58,923 nucleotides of DNA from Klebsormidium nitens (lineage: Eukaryota > Plantae > Klebsormidiophyceae). Each line of letters starts with the position of its first letter. Positions within the stretch are counted from its first letter, which is position 1. Position numbers and translations under genes: made by a program. The notes under the pieces are model-generated. The model had not been told where the DNA came from. It saw only the letters and a list, made by a program, of their open reading frames with translations, and ran no database searches. The stretch covers positions 1 to 58,923 of the forward strand of contig DF237502.1 of NCBI GenBank assembly GCA_000708835.1, in the 5' to 3' direction. This document shows, one piece after another, positions 35,501-47,768 of the stretch.

Positions 35501-38500
35501 TCACAGGGCGCAACACAGCTTCGAGTCAACGGAGGACAGGCAGATGGCGAAGGCCTGAGTGGCCGTGAAAGGCGGCCTGCAAGACACAAGCACTTCTATT
35601 ATCTATTTGCAGTTCCAAGGGTAGATAGTGATCGATCTATAAGAGTATCTGAGAGCCAAGTGGTACGAAACTGTCGGCATGTTTTCTTGAGTCTGGGATA
35701 CTAGGATCTCGTCCTGTAGACACGGTCCAAAGGAACTACGTTGCTTAAGCGTTCTTCCGGAAAGGAGAGGAAGAGACAAAAGTTACGACAGAAGCAGGCT
35801 CTTTTGTGATCGCTCAGGCAGTAGAGCGCTTGACTGAACGGCCTGCCTGACGAGTGGCCCTCAAGTGGTGTAATCTCACATTTGACAGTTGACGTGCCCA
35901 TGATACAGCAATACAACCTCGTCCCTTGTTTGTCGATAGCTCTCCAGTCCAGTACTTTCCTGATAAGATCCAACCAGTCTCGCACAGTGTGACACAGCGT
36001 GAGACCTCACCTGAAGTCCATCACGAAGACGTCTTTGCCGACCTTTCCAAACAGCAGCAAAGTGCGGTCCTCCGCGGCCTGGAGAAACGTAAGCACGCCG
36101 TCAAGTTGGAGCGGAAAAATGAAGTCGCAGCTGTGTGTCTGCGCTGCACGAGTCGTCGTGGCCGAGCAAATGCCACAGGAGCTTCTACACAGTTCTAAAA
36201 GCTGACGTGACTCAAATGCACATGTATCAGAGGGAAAGTACGAAAGGGAAGCCTAAGATACGAACACTTTAGCAATTGCCTGCGGTCAGACAATCAAGCG
36301 ACCGTCTGTTATTAGACTAGAGGCGAAGTTCGAAGGATATACCCATATCAATATTCTGACAGAGAGATCGGCGGCACATTGAAAGAGGTCCCTGGAATCT
36401 AAACAGGGACAACTGCACATCAGAGCATGAGAGCCACGTGGCAGCCTCACCTCGGCCACGAGCTGGAAGTTCTTGACGGACTGTTGGATGCCCGCGCCAT
36501 CTTTCGCACGCCCGCCGTAGTTGATCTCGAACCGCTTGTGCTCCTGCACGTCAAAAAGTTGACACGTGTCAAGGACATCGGGCATGTCCACGAGGCGAAG
36601 CAGTTGGAGGGACGTCAAGGCAGTGTCCGGGGTTGAATTGGCTTGATGATACTTTTGCTTTCATGGCCGGTCGGCGGATGCAGAGCTCCGCTGTTATGAA
36701 GGCCGTTAAGATTCCTCCCGCGGAGTGCCGGGATTGAGTCAACAATCCGCAGAGTGGGTTTGACCTCCTGCTTTAGATTGCTCCTGGCAACCTGGAGAAA
36801 TGCGCCAAGGTCACGCATAAGCCTCGCTAAGCTGACAAAGCGTTTGCTGCTCGAAGAATAGCACTTCTCTGGCTTAAGAAGCTCTCCCGTTAAAGCTGGA
36901 CACACCGGAAGTTGCGGACAATTCGCCCCACGAGGACTGCCGAGCTTTGAAATGGAGACTCGTCAGGATCGCTTGCCTGGTTGAACAGGGGGGCCTTGGA
37001 GACGAGGGCCAATGGTGGCTCTTGCGCGCCGTCAGTCACGGGCAGCGTGACGAGCATGCGGCGGGACGTGGGGGCCAGGCTGGTCGCCGTCGTGGCGTAC
37101 CTGGAACAACCGGAGAATACCCTTAGCTCTTCTGCCAGCGTCTATTCTGCCGCTAACGCCAAAAAAGCGTTTCAGAAAGCCGGACGGAAGCCAGTACAGT
37201 CGGGTAAAGAGTGACGTCAGCTCTTCAAAATTCGAGTCTTCAACACCTTTTAAAACACCTTCGTTTATCTCCCGTTCTTGCATTATCCAGTATTCATGCA
37301 AAGAGCCGTTCTGCACCAGATCGGTCGGACGTGCAAAACACCATTGCAAGGAAGCCGGACAAGTCCCCTTCCTAGCAATGTGATTGCCTTTTGATCGACT
37401 TAAGAAAAGAGGATTCAAAGACAGCCCTCAATTTCCTTCAAGGCCTTCAGAGTCTCAGAGAGACTTCGGCTCTTAATGGCGCCACTTCCACGTCATCACC
37501 ATCTCACTGAGTAAAGCCCCCGGCCCGTAGCTTCACTCTCAAGTGACGAGAACAGAAAAGTCAGAGTGAGCGTCGAGATCTGACGAACGTTATCCGCTAA
37601 TACCGACGGTTTCTCAATTCTGACAACTCGCACGGCAGATTGCACACGGTTTGGTGCCGTGAGATCAGAAAACAACTTGCACGTCCTACACCTTTTGACC
37701 TTGCCCTCACCCGATCTCCGCCAGCTTGTTCTCCTCGGTGATCTTGCCCTCCATGTCGCGCGCATGCGCGGTGTATTTGGACCCCACAAAGTTGGCCCGC
37801 AGCACGCAGCGCGGCCCTCCCTTCTCGCCCAGCTGCTCGGCGCTGTCCGCAATCACGAACTCGGACCGCCCCACGTGGCGCACGTGGCGGGCAACCAAGA
37901 GCTGACGGTCTTCCCGGCCCTCCCCCTCCTAAAAAGAGAGACGGCGACAATCTGAGATGGGGCGATGAAGCACTTCTTCATTTGACACGCAATCCTTCAT
38001 TGGCTCCGGATAGGGAAGGTCAAAGCAGAACGAAGTCACAGTCGCAAATCGTCCGCAGGTGATGGACACGACAGAAACTGCCTCATACATGCAAATAGAC
38101 GTTTGTATTGCTGATCGCGATCTGGCTGTACAGCCCTCAATTTGGCCACAGACCCGTTCGTACAGGACAGTAATCAGCATGTATTACTCGCTCGCTCAAA
38201 AAGCGTTGCTAAGCAAAGCCAAGCAAACAGAGAGAACTGCGAGCTCACGCTAATCCTCGAACAGTCTCGAATCTCAAATACGGTACGTAGCATGACAAGT
38301 AAACCTCAGCCGGAAGCAAAACCGGACGTTTTCAGAGTCGGTGCCACGTGGCGCTCACTTCGGTGAAGAGCGTGTAGAGCCCGCCGGTGCCCAGCTTGGA
38401 GGCGTGCTCGCGCACCACGTAGCAGCGGCACACCTCCACGTGCGACGGCAGCGGGCGGGCCACCAGGTCACTGCACAGCAGGGAGGAGCTCAGGGGTATG

Positions 38501-41500
38501 AGTGAGCTAAAAAGCGGCTGAAGCGAAATTGGTGTGCCCCAGGCTTAGTTTTGGTCGGTTATCCACGGGGTACGATCTTCGTCTCTCTGACGAAGGGCAC
38601 ACTAGGCAAGAAGCGGACCAAAGAAGCCGACCTAAGTGTTTGCCAGATGCGCTGGGCAGCAGAATGCCTTTGCGGAACGACGCCGCATCAAGGCTCTTCG
38701 CGATGATCTTGCACTCCCACTCACGATCCGTCGCGGTAGCTTGACAAGCCGAACAAAAAAGACACTGATTCAGCTTGCCGCCAAACTCACCAATTCACAA
38801 CGGTTGGATGTCTCGCTACGGCATAGCAAGCAACAAATCGGGAAGTCAGCTTCAGGACTTTCCCCCTCAGGTCCACTGCAGGACCTGTTTCGAAGGAGGG
38901 ATTCATGCAGACTGTCGAAAGTGAACCTGTCGGTTCGTTGTCCACCACTCCCACATTGAAAGTGTCACACCGGTCCTAGCTAGGTGGATACGGCAGCTGC
39001 AGAAGAGGGAGTCGTCTCGGCCGTGTCAAGTATTTAGTTTCTGCTAAGGGAAAGCTGCTGTGCTTACGCTGGCGACAGATGCGCCCAGGCGGAAGGCGGG
39101 TCCACGTCGCTGACTGCGGGCTCCCAAAGCGACGCCGCCTCAGCGGCCGCTTCAGGCTTGACGGGCACATCTGCAACGAATCGAAAGGACATCACCGAGT
39201 GTTGGTCTAGTGCAATGTTTATAGCTCCTAAGAGGAGAAGAACGATACTACAAACTTTCGTTAAGTCAGGACTGGCTTGCAATCGATGTGCTTCTCCATG
39301 CAACAAGAAAACACAAGGAACAGGTGCGGGTTCTGAAACCACAGAGTCGATCGCCATAAAACGTGGAGGGAAGAATGAGCAGAAGACTTCAGGTCGCTCC
39401 AAAAGCTTGGAGGACGTAGTCTCGAAAACGCCTGCCGAATGAAAGATTGTAGTCAACAGGCCTATTCAACGATGACTCTGTTGTCAGAGGCATGCGGAGA
39501 ACAGTTGACAAAAGAGTCCGTCCGCAATGCATGACGCAACACGCAAATAGACTGCTGATAATTCCGAAGCTTGGTGAGTCAAAAATTCGGCAGAATGCAT
39601 GTCCAGATTTCCACACCCCTTCCATTGTTCGAGAGGAAACTCAAACCTTTTCTCCGCGTCGAGCTGAACCATCAACGAAACCTTCAAGTTTACCTTTGGG
39701 GCTCATGTCGACGTAGTCCGCTGCCAGGGCGGGCTCTCTGTTGGGGTCCCTCAAGCTCAGCGCCCGGTCGAAGCAGTCCGATGATCCTCCCAAGCCGCTG
39801 GCACGTTTAGCTCCCGGGTCACCAGCACCGGCCTCGCCCTGCGTCATCTTGCTGACGTCACTGACAGGCGTGCTGACCTCACTCGCGTTCTCCTTGTCTT
39901 CGCCAACGTCCGGGGCGACTGTCTGTCGAAAGTCCGCGACCGGAACGGATTCCGTCCTGGTCCGGCGGAAAAGAAGCCGGGTTTTAACTGGGGAGTCTTT
40001 GACTGGGCTTTGCGTCACGGGGGCCGGGCTGGGGGGCTCGGAGCGAGAGGGCGCTACGTCAGGGCTACCCTGATTTCCCTTGTTTGGGTCAGCTTTTGCA
40101 CTGCGGAAGCGCAGGGGCGTGAGGCTCCTGAACGCCTTGAGGCCCTCTTTGGCGGCGTTGCGCTGCTCCTGCGCTCGGTCAGTTACGGAGGCAGACCTGC
40201 CCCGTTTCGCAAACCCAGACTGGTTTGGGGACCCGGCTGGCGCCAAAAACGAGTTGCGCCCCGCATTCAGACCAGCATCGCCTGCCCCCCCTTGCTTTGC
40301 CGCTGGAACTTCCCCCCCTCGAGCACCTCGGAGCTCATTCACACGCGCCGGGAAGTACTTCTTGTTCGGGTCATGACGGGGCTTCAGCTGGTCAATGGGA
40401 ACGGGCCCCTTGCGGGCGCGCGCCGTGGTCGAGGAAGCCTGCGCAGGTCTTTCCGGCGACTTTTGAGCAGGTCGCATAGCCTGCAGGTCGCCCGAAGCTT
40501 TCGGAAAAGGGATTGGGCCGGTCGGCGCGGCTAAGACAGGATCGCCTGTTTTGCGCCCGACGAAGGCCCCGTCTTTGCCGGGGGCGCCCCTGGCCCAGTT
40601 CGGTACAGGCTCCGGCTTCGAGGGCGGGGCCCAAAACGAGGCCTCTTCGTCTCTATTGCTCTGCAGCCACCGGGTAAGGGTGGGCGACGGATCGGTAACC
40701 CAGGGGTAAGCTGCCTTAACCTCGGCTTTACCCGGCTTCCTAACCCCGCTGTGAGCACGCTCGAGCGGCTTGCTGTTCAGGACTTCTCCGTAAACGGGCC
40801 TGCTAACCGGAAGTCTCCCGGTGGACCCTTTCACACCCACCGCTTCTACCGCTGGCGCAGTCTCTGCCACGTCGTAGTAGTTGACCAACGGGCTGCTGCC
40901 AGCTGGCACACCCTGCACCGCCCGCACGATGGGATCGACGACGTCATAGCAATCGTCACTTTCAACCGCTCCCCTGAACACCTTCTGGGGAGGCAGCTCG
41001 AAGCAGCTGTCGCCACTCTCCGCGCTCACGCACCTCTTCACGGCGCCCTCACCCCCCCATTCCGAGGCCACAAATGTTTCAGGCGGCTCATCGTTCTGCT
41101 GCGTCCCCCGCTCCCCGCTGAAGAATGCGCGCGCACCCAGCTGGCTGGTCGCCCCCTGGAAGTGCTCGAAGATGGCTGCCATCTGCATTCGCTCCCAGGG
41201 GGAAAACTCGACCTCGGCAGGGGTCTCCGGCTCTGGCTGGGGCTCAGGAGAGGCTGGCTCCGGGGTTTCGGGCTGCGGCGGACTGGGGCCTGGGCGGACT
41301 GGAGTGGTTTGGGGTGCTGCGTTTCGTGACGCAAAGCCAAAGGCCACGCTCGCCAGGGGGGGCGTTCTTGGGGAGGCGCTTCTCTGCCGCTCCGGGCTGC
41401 CAGCTGGCAGCGTTGACGAGTCGCCACGTGTCTCCTCCTGGGAGGTCGGCGTGTTCTCGGCTGCCGTGATGCGGGAGGCGGGTTTCGGGAACGGGGTCGG

Positions 41501-44500
41501 CGAGAACGAAGCCGTCCAGTCACTGCAAGAAGAAGGTACTTGTCAGCACGGGTGCAAAGCAATAAGTCAAAACTGACCAGAAAAGAGAGCGAATGGAGAA
41601 TTCTGCATAAGTCGGAACGAAGCGCGGATCGCGTCGTACGAAGCTGCGAGAACAAAAATTGAGCACCTGACAATCATCTTAAGAAAGGCTTATTGGGGGG
41701 CCGTTCGGAAGTGTTCAAAAGTGCAGGCCTTCAGCGCGGAAGCTCTTTGGCGTTACAAGCACACCTGGCGTTCGACAGTGTGTTTTCCGCAGCAAAGCAT
41801 TGGGTTTTTCGTTGTTCGGACATGTATTGTCGTTGATGTTGAGAACTGCGCAATCTGCAAACCATGCGGCCCTTTCTAAAACCCAGTTTTTGAGTGCCCA
41901 CTTGTCGCTATCTCATCGACATTGACAAATGTAACGAACAGTCCTCATGAAGAAGGATTGACCTTGCACGAGAATGCAGCGGCACGGCTGTAATGAACAT
42001 TGCGGGGAAGTGACTTACTTCCGCTCTGCAACTTCTGATCTGGCTGTCTCGTTCGGCTCTTTGCCGCCTCCGCCACCGACGACCAAATCCTCCTCCGGTC
42101 CTGCTCCGCACGTCAATCCAGTCCCTTGCTCCTTCTGGGGGGACGCCCACGTCGGCTGAAATGCACCCCCCGAAGCGACCTCCGCTTGGCCTCCCCAAAC
42201 GGGGCCGTTTCTAGCCCTCCTTACAGCCTCAGTCTCTTGCGGTGGCCCTGTCCGCTTTGGGGGGGTCAGCTTCGGAGGGGTGATCATCCCACGAAGTCCG
42301 CCGACGAAAGACGACCACAGGCCGGGCTTCGAGGGACTTGGGGACGTGTCCCGGGGGGCAGCTGCCTGCAATTCTTCAGCGGGCGGGGGGTTGCTGTTTC
42401 TCGCGACGGCCTCCCTTGCCGCCATATGCCCTGGTGTCACAGTCACCGGCTCCTTGGCAGATTTGGGTGCGACTCCATAAGGCTGGAGCAGGTCCTCGGC
42501 AGCCGGACCGGAGCCTTCGAGTAATCTCTCAGAGGTTTTCAGGGGGACGGCTTCTCCCACCGTCGGGTCTGCGCTGCTCTCCGCCTCCAGGGGATCCCCC
42601 TTGCCCGCTGCCTCTACCCCCGGTTGCACGGACACGTACATACTAGCCAGAGCCCTTTCACCGTCCGGGTGCGGTTTTGCCTCGGCAAACAGGCCTGCTG
42701 CGGAACGAGGAACGGGCGTCGGTTCCGCCACCTGTCCCCGCTGCCCCATGCCCGCCATGCCGCTCCTGTACGGCGGCGTCCGCACCTTCTGGTGGTCCGG
42801 CGAATTCCAGTCCAACACGTGGCTCGAGCCCAGCTCGCTCCTCTTCCCCTCTCCCTCCACGTTGGCCCCGTCCCCAAGCCCTGCAACCGGGCCGTCGGAT
42901 TGCCACGTGTCAGCAACCAGCTGGCTGACAACCCGCCATTCACCTGGGCCCATATCCGCAGCCACCTCCTTGACGTCATCAAAGGAGGGCCCCCTTGCCA
43001 ATCCGGTGCAAGACTCGACGAGACGCCCCACTGCCTCCTCTTCGACCACTTCCCACACTCTGCGAGACGGCCCGAACCTCTCGCTGCCGGGGCTGCTGCC
43101 GGGCACGCTCATGGGAGAACAATTGGCGCTGGCATACGGTGTCATATCTTCCCCCGCATCAAAGAACACCTCGGCGTTGGCGCCAGGCAGAATAGCGGGT
43201 CCCCTTTGGAACTTCCCGAGGGCGGCGTCAAGACACTTTTTCTCGATCTCAGCCCGTTTGAAGGCCCTGGAAAAGGCGGGCTTCGAAGGGCTGAAGAAGC
43301 CGGCAGCACAGGCTGGGGGCGGCGAGATTGGGCGCACTGCATCAGCAGCGCCGTGGTCTGAGGGAGTCGATCCGTCTTCACTTGGCGCTTGCGCGCTGGG
43401 CAGAATAACCCCCTCCAGCTCCTGGGTTGGCGCCGAATAACCCCCACTTAACCCGCTGCTAACGAGCCCCGCAAACCCAATATGCAAGTGGACTGAGGGC
43501 GCTACCTTGCGAGGGCTGAAGAAGTGTGACGCAGCCATAGGCGGGGGCGAATCGACCCTCTCCTGGCCACCTCGAACAGCATCCCCGACCTCCACAGAAG
43601 CAACTGCACTGCCCTCTTCGTTCTCTTCTGGGTCTCCCTTCGCAGATCCCCCTGAGGCAGTTGCTTCGAAGCGCGGCCCCAAGGTCTCGCCTGGCCCCCC
43701 GATTAAGAAGAGGCTCCTTGCGGCCCCCGGCGTGCTTGGCTTCCTGACTGCCTGGGGGCTGAAGAAAGGGGACGCCGAAGCGAGGCGGGGGCTCGCCGGG
43801 GGAAGGGAAGCTGGAGAATTGGGCGGGGACACGTCACCGCTGTCTGACTGCCCCCCCTGAAGGCAGACTACGGGCTCAGCTGGGGTTTCTTCCTCGGGGG
43901 CCAATGTGAGAAGCGGGAAGCTACCCGGGTAGGGGGAACCTGTCCGGACGACGGAGGAAGGTGGGGAAGCGTTCACGGCTCCTGTGATTGCTCGACCGGC
44001 GGACAGGGGGCTGAAGAAGGACGATGCCGAGAGCAGCGGCCGGTGCGCTACAGGAGATACGACTTCCTCTGACATGGGCGGAGCGCTCTGCCCGCCCATT
44101 GGCGGGGTTGCCGAGCCAGCGGGGCTGCCGGACACTGCGGTTTGCATGCCCAAGGGACTAGACCCGTCCCCAAGCATGGGGGGTTGCGGCGACACCAAGA
44201 ATGTCCCCCGCTTGAGGGAGGCAGGGCTGGAGTACATGGTCGCAGCTGGAGTCGGGGGGGGTGACGTGGGGCGACTTTCTGTGGGTGCAACAGCCTCAGA
44301 GAAGCTACCAGGTCCTGGCACCTCTGGCACAAGCACGGTTGTGACCGGGTAAGGAGCGGCTGGTCCGACACGGGACGGGGAAGCTGCAAGGGTTGTTCCA
44401 TTGTGCCCCGGCTCCCCTGAGAGCGAAGGGCTGAGTGCTTCCTTGGAGGGGCTTGAGACAAGGGGCATCATCTGAACTTTCGCCGCAGGCTCCATCGGCA

Positions 44501-46509
44501 CCGCCGAAGCCCCTCCTTGCTTCAGTTCAGGCTCCGCATCCTTTTTGCTGACGTCAGCACTGGTTTGCGATGCCCCCGACACCGCGCCTGGCTCCCGGTC
44601 CTTCCTGCTCTGCGTGCTCCGCCCCTCCGTGGATCCCGCTCGCCAGGCGACTTTCTTAGGGCGGAAGAATACCCCCGCAACGCCGGGCGGGGTTGCCAGA
44701 GCCGCCACACCGGGTGCTGAGACCAGGCTTTGGTTGGCCCCCGCCACCTTGAGGGGGCTCAGCTCCTGGGCAGACGGCAGAGTCTCCCAAGGTGGGCTAG
44801 TCGAACTCCGCTGGTCTGCTGTAGGGGTCTCCGTCTCTATAACAACCAGGGCTTTGGGTTGTATTAACCTCTCTCCCCCAAGTGGCTGCTGCCCCGTTTG
44901 CGGCTCTTGGTCAACCTGCCCTGGTGCGCTCAACAGCTCACGTTCCGCAGAAAGAGGTTCAAGCGAGGAGTGTTTCTCAGCAGGTGCCTGCCCGAGTTCT
45001 CCCAAAGGGACAGTGGTGAAGGTCCCAATCTGTTGCAGAGCAGTGGTGGACGTGAGGTGAGCGGACGGGCCCTGCTCTTGGATGTTGGAGGGAAGGTCCT
45101 TGGCAGGCTGCTCCGGAAGATTCAAGGCTTCGGGGGGCCGGTCCGGAGCGCTTCTGGGCTGGCTAGCTGGGGCGGTGGTGCTTGCCTGGGGGGAAGAAAA
45201 AGACAGAAATGAAGTGACTGCAATTAGAGTGCACTCCAGCACATAATGAGAAGAATGTGGACACAAGAAGTACATTCCCTTAGAGTACATTCCGAAACAA
45301 GACGCACTGCAGCATGATGAAGGGCTTGCCTGCAATCAAACTCCGTACCATTCGCTCAAGCATAACATTACAACAAACACCTTTATCTATTTGAGTTATT
45401 GAGATCCTCAACCAGTTTAATTGACTTTCGAGTTTAAGCATGAAGCTCAGCACAAGCTTTGCAGCTACTCGGTCAAGAAAGAACGTTTAGAAGCCAGAAC
45501 CATATGGAAGATCTGAAAGTGGTCTACCCTTTGCGGCATTTTCGAGTAAGCTGTGCCCAAGACAGACTTACATTGAAGAGAGCAGATTGGGTGCCATTGA
45601 GCCTAGCAAGTCCTTAAAATGCACGATAGATGAGGACTGAGAATCACTACGTACCTCCCCTGCTTTCAACACAAAGCGCAGCACCAGAGACATACTTTAC
45701 TCTTAGAAGTTAGAACAAGTCCCAAAGGGGCTTTTCTGGATTTTCAAAGCCAGTCCTGCAAAGAAGACCGCAGCAGACTCTTGTTGCCTCACCTCTTGGC
45801 GAGTCCACATCTGCAGCAGGCTCCTCACGCTGACCCGTCCCCCCTCTTCTTTGCTGTCTCCTGCTGCAGCAGAGGCACCGGTCGCTGTGTCGCCTGCTGC
45901 GACGGGCTCACTCTCGTTGTCTTTTCGGGCTTCCTGTTCACTTCTCCCGCTTGTGCGGCGCAGCAGCGTCACACCCCAGGGACCATGACTGGCCCCCAAC
46001 ACACTTTTGGGGATTTCGGAAAGTGGGCTTTGAGGCTGCTTGACCGCTTTTTCAACGCCCTCAAGTGATTGGCAAGTCTCCGCAGGGACCGGCACATCAT
46101 GCACGCCGTGCGTGTCTTCTTGACCTCCTTTTGTGCCAAGAACTATTGCCCTCTCGCTGGCCGCACCCGCCCCAACAGTTGCTGGCACTGGGGCCACAAA
46201 GAGTGGTTCTCTGACCAGAGACCCCCGCTGTAACACCTCTGGTACGTCCCGTAGTGCCTCCTTGCTTCCAGCACCTCCTTTCCCCTTCTCCTGCTCGCTT
46301 TCTGCTTTCGCCCGCCTCTCCAGAGCCAATGCCGCTTCTCTGACCCGCCCCAGAGGTGGGGCCAGTGGCTGTTGCTGGCTGTTCTCTTTGTTGGCAGAAG
46401 TCCCCGTGGGCGTGCTTTCGCCTAAGGCACGAGGGGCACCTGGGACAATTGGCAAACTGAACCCTTCCGGGTTGGCCCACTTGAGGCTGAGTATCTTGCC
46501 GCCATCCAT
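35501..46509 (-). CDS. TLP8: Tubby-like protein, TLP8 clade (no F-box), with an N-terminal low-complexity region of about 1,900 aa, about 2168 aa in total
   Basis: 10 minus-strand exons in consistent phase: 46509-45793, 45185-42019, 41522-39694, 39170-39068, 38470-38359, 37928-37711, 37100-36977, 36543-36451, 36078-36011, 35576-35501 (6507 nt). Tubby hallmarks: LRANFVGSKY, IQQSVKNFQL, LLFGKVGKDVFVMDFR, QAFAICLSSVDSKLCCAL. YTLFTEEGEGREDRQL and SKLCC are recalled as TLP8-type. The Tubby exons are high confidence. Joining of the large upstream exons rests on phase-consistent canonical splice sites. Confidence 0.85.
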
Positions 46510-47611
46510 TGTACCTGCAATTGGTTTCGTATCTTCTGAGACTGAAGTGGGAGCTTGAGCTGGTTTTGCAGGGGCAATGTGTTAATCTGCAGCCAGTCAC
46601 CCTGTCACCCAGTCACCCTGCGTTGCTCCCGGTTGCTCACAACATGGTAGCGGCACACACTTGTTCAGGCTTGGGGTTTGCGTGGTTCCTATCCGAGCAC
46701 TTACCAAAGTGATGAAGACTAGATGCATTTTGTGGGGCAGGCGCTCAGCAGGTTCCCAAATAGTGCCAGACTAATTTCCTATCAATTGCATTGCAGTTTT
46801 TTCTTTTCAGGATAAGCTGTGTATCTTTCTGGAAAGTCCTGCAAAAAGACCTGTCTACAACAGGAATGAACAGAGACTTGCATTTGAAGCCTTAAGGATA
46901 CCCAGGAATACATGTCAGCCTGCTGTGCAAGCCCTTATAACGCTCAGAGTAGAATCACGGATAGCTAGAGGACATTATGCCCTCTTGCAAAGACATGCTT
47001 ACCTTGAGGGGAAATTATCACCGCAAGCAGAGCCTTTCCTGCGACCCCTCACATATCATCATCCACTCAAAGGTCCTTAATCAGATATTTGGTCTTGTCT
47101 TCTGCTTCTGCAAGCATAGATTGTGGTTCGCTTCTGGTAAGGTAGCTTCAACACTACGGCACACGGCAACAAGCTTTCAAACATTTCTCTACTGCCCTCC
47201 TGGCAAAAGATTTGAAAACATTTAGGTAGCAGCAGGTAGCACCAGGCGCTCCGAGGGCGCTCAACTCCGAGGTCCTGCAACGGCCGGCCAGTCACAATCT
47301 ACCTACGGTACAAACTTCAAATGTTGAAGTTGTGGAGGCTCGCCGCTCAAGCCTCAACTTGAGCTCAGCCTCAGGTCTTCTTTTCTCTCTGCTCAGGATT
47401 CTGCCAGAGATGTGATTTTGAATTTGAGCCGTGAGCTATGGCTGTTTGAATTGAAGATCCTCTCTACCGTCGATTGGCGAAGCAGCCGGGCGCTCTACCG
47501 TCGATATCGCTCGTGCAGTGCTGATTGTGCTGGTCGCTCTTGCATGATTCTGTTGACATCACTCCGGAATCGGCAACTACCTAGCTCATCAGGCAGGGGT
47601 AAGCACCCGGG

Positions 47612-47768
47612 GGACCGGCGGGGTTAGTTAGGGGCTTAGGCCCCTAACTAACCCCGCCGGTCCAACACAACACCCTAAGCCAACCGGCTTAGGGTGTGTG
47701 CAAGAGCGAACTGCGAGATTTTTTGAGTTACAGCAGTTTCGGGGCAGGCCTGCCCCGAAACTGCTGTA
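47612..47768. repeat. Cluster of three adjacent inverted repeats (24-bp stem, 12-bp stem, 40-bp perfect palindrome)
   Basis: 47612-47635 and 47640-47663 form a perfect 24-bp stem with loop TTAG. 47670-47681 and 47686-47697 form a perfect 12-bp stem with loop AACC. 47729-47768 TACAGCAGTTTCGGGGCAGGCCTGCCCCGAAACTGCTGTA is a perfect palindrome. Confidence 0.95.

Noticed and set aside
37780-37800. Loss of the first PIP2-binding Lys in the Tubby motif (VLRAN instead of KLRSN)
   Set aside because: As recalled, land-plant TLP8 also lacks it, so this is a clade trait rather than a novelty.
42601-43860. Long antisense ORFs (279, 245 and 117 aa) opposite the TLP8 large exon
   Set aside because: Mirror frames of a GC-rich low-complexity exon with no independent domain or splice evidence.
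47620-47655. TTAGGG-like words suggesting an interstitial telomere
   Set aside because: Not tandemly repeated. They are part of the hairpin arms.
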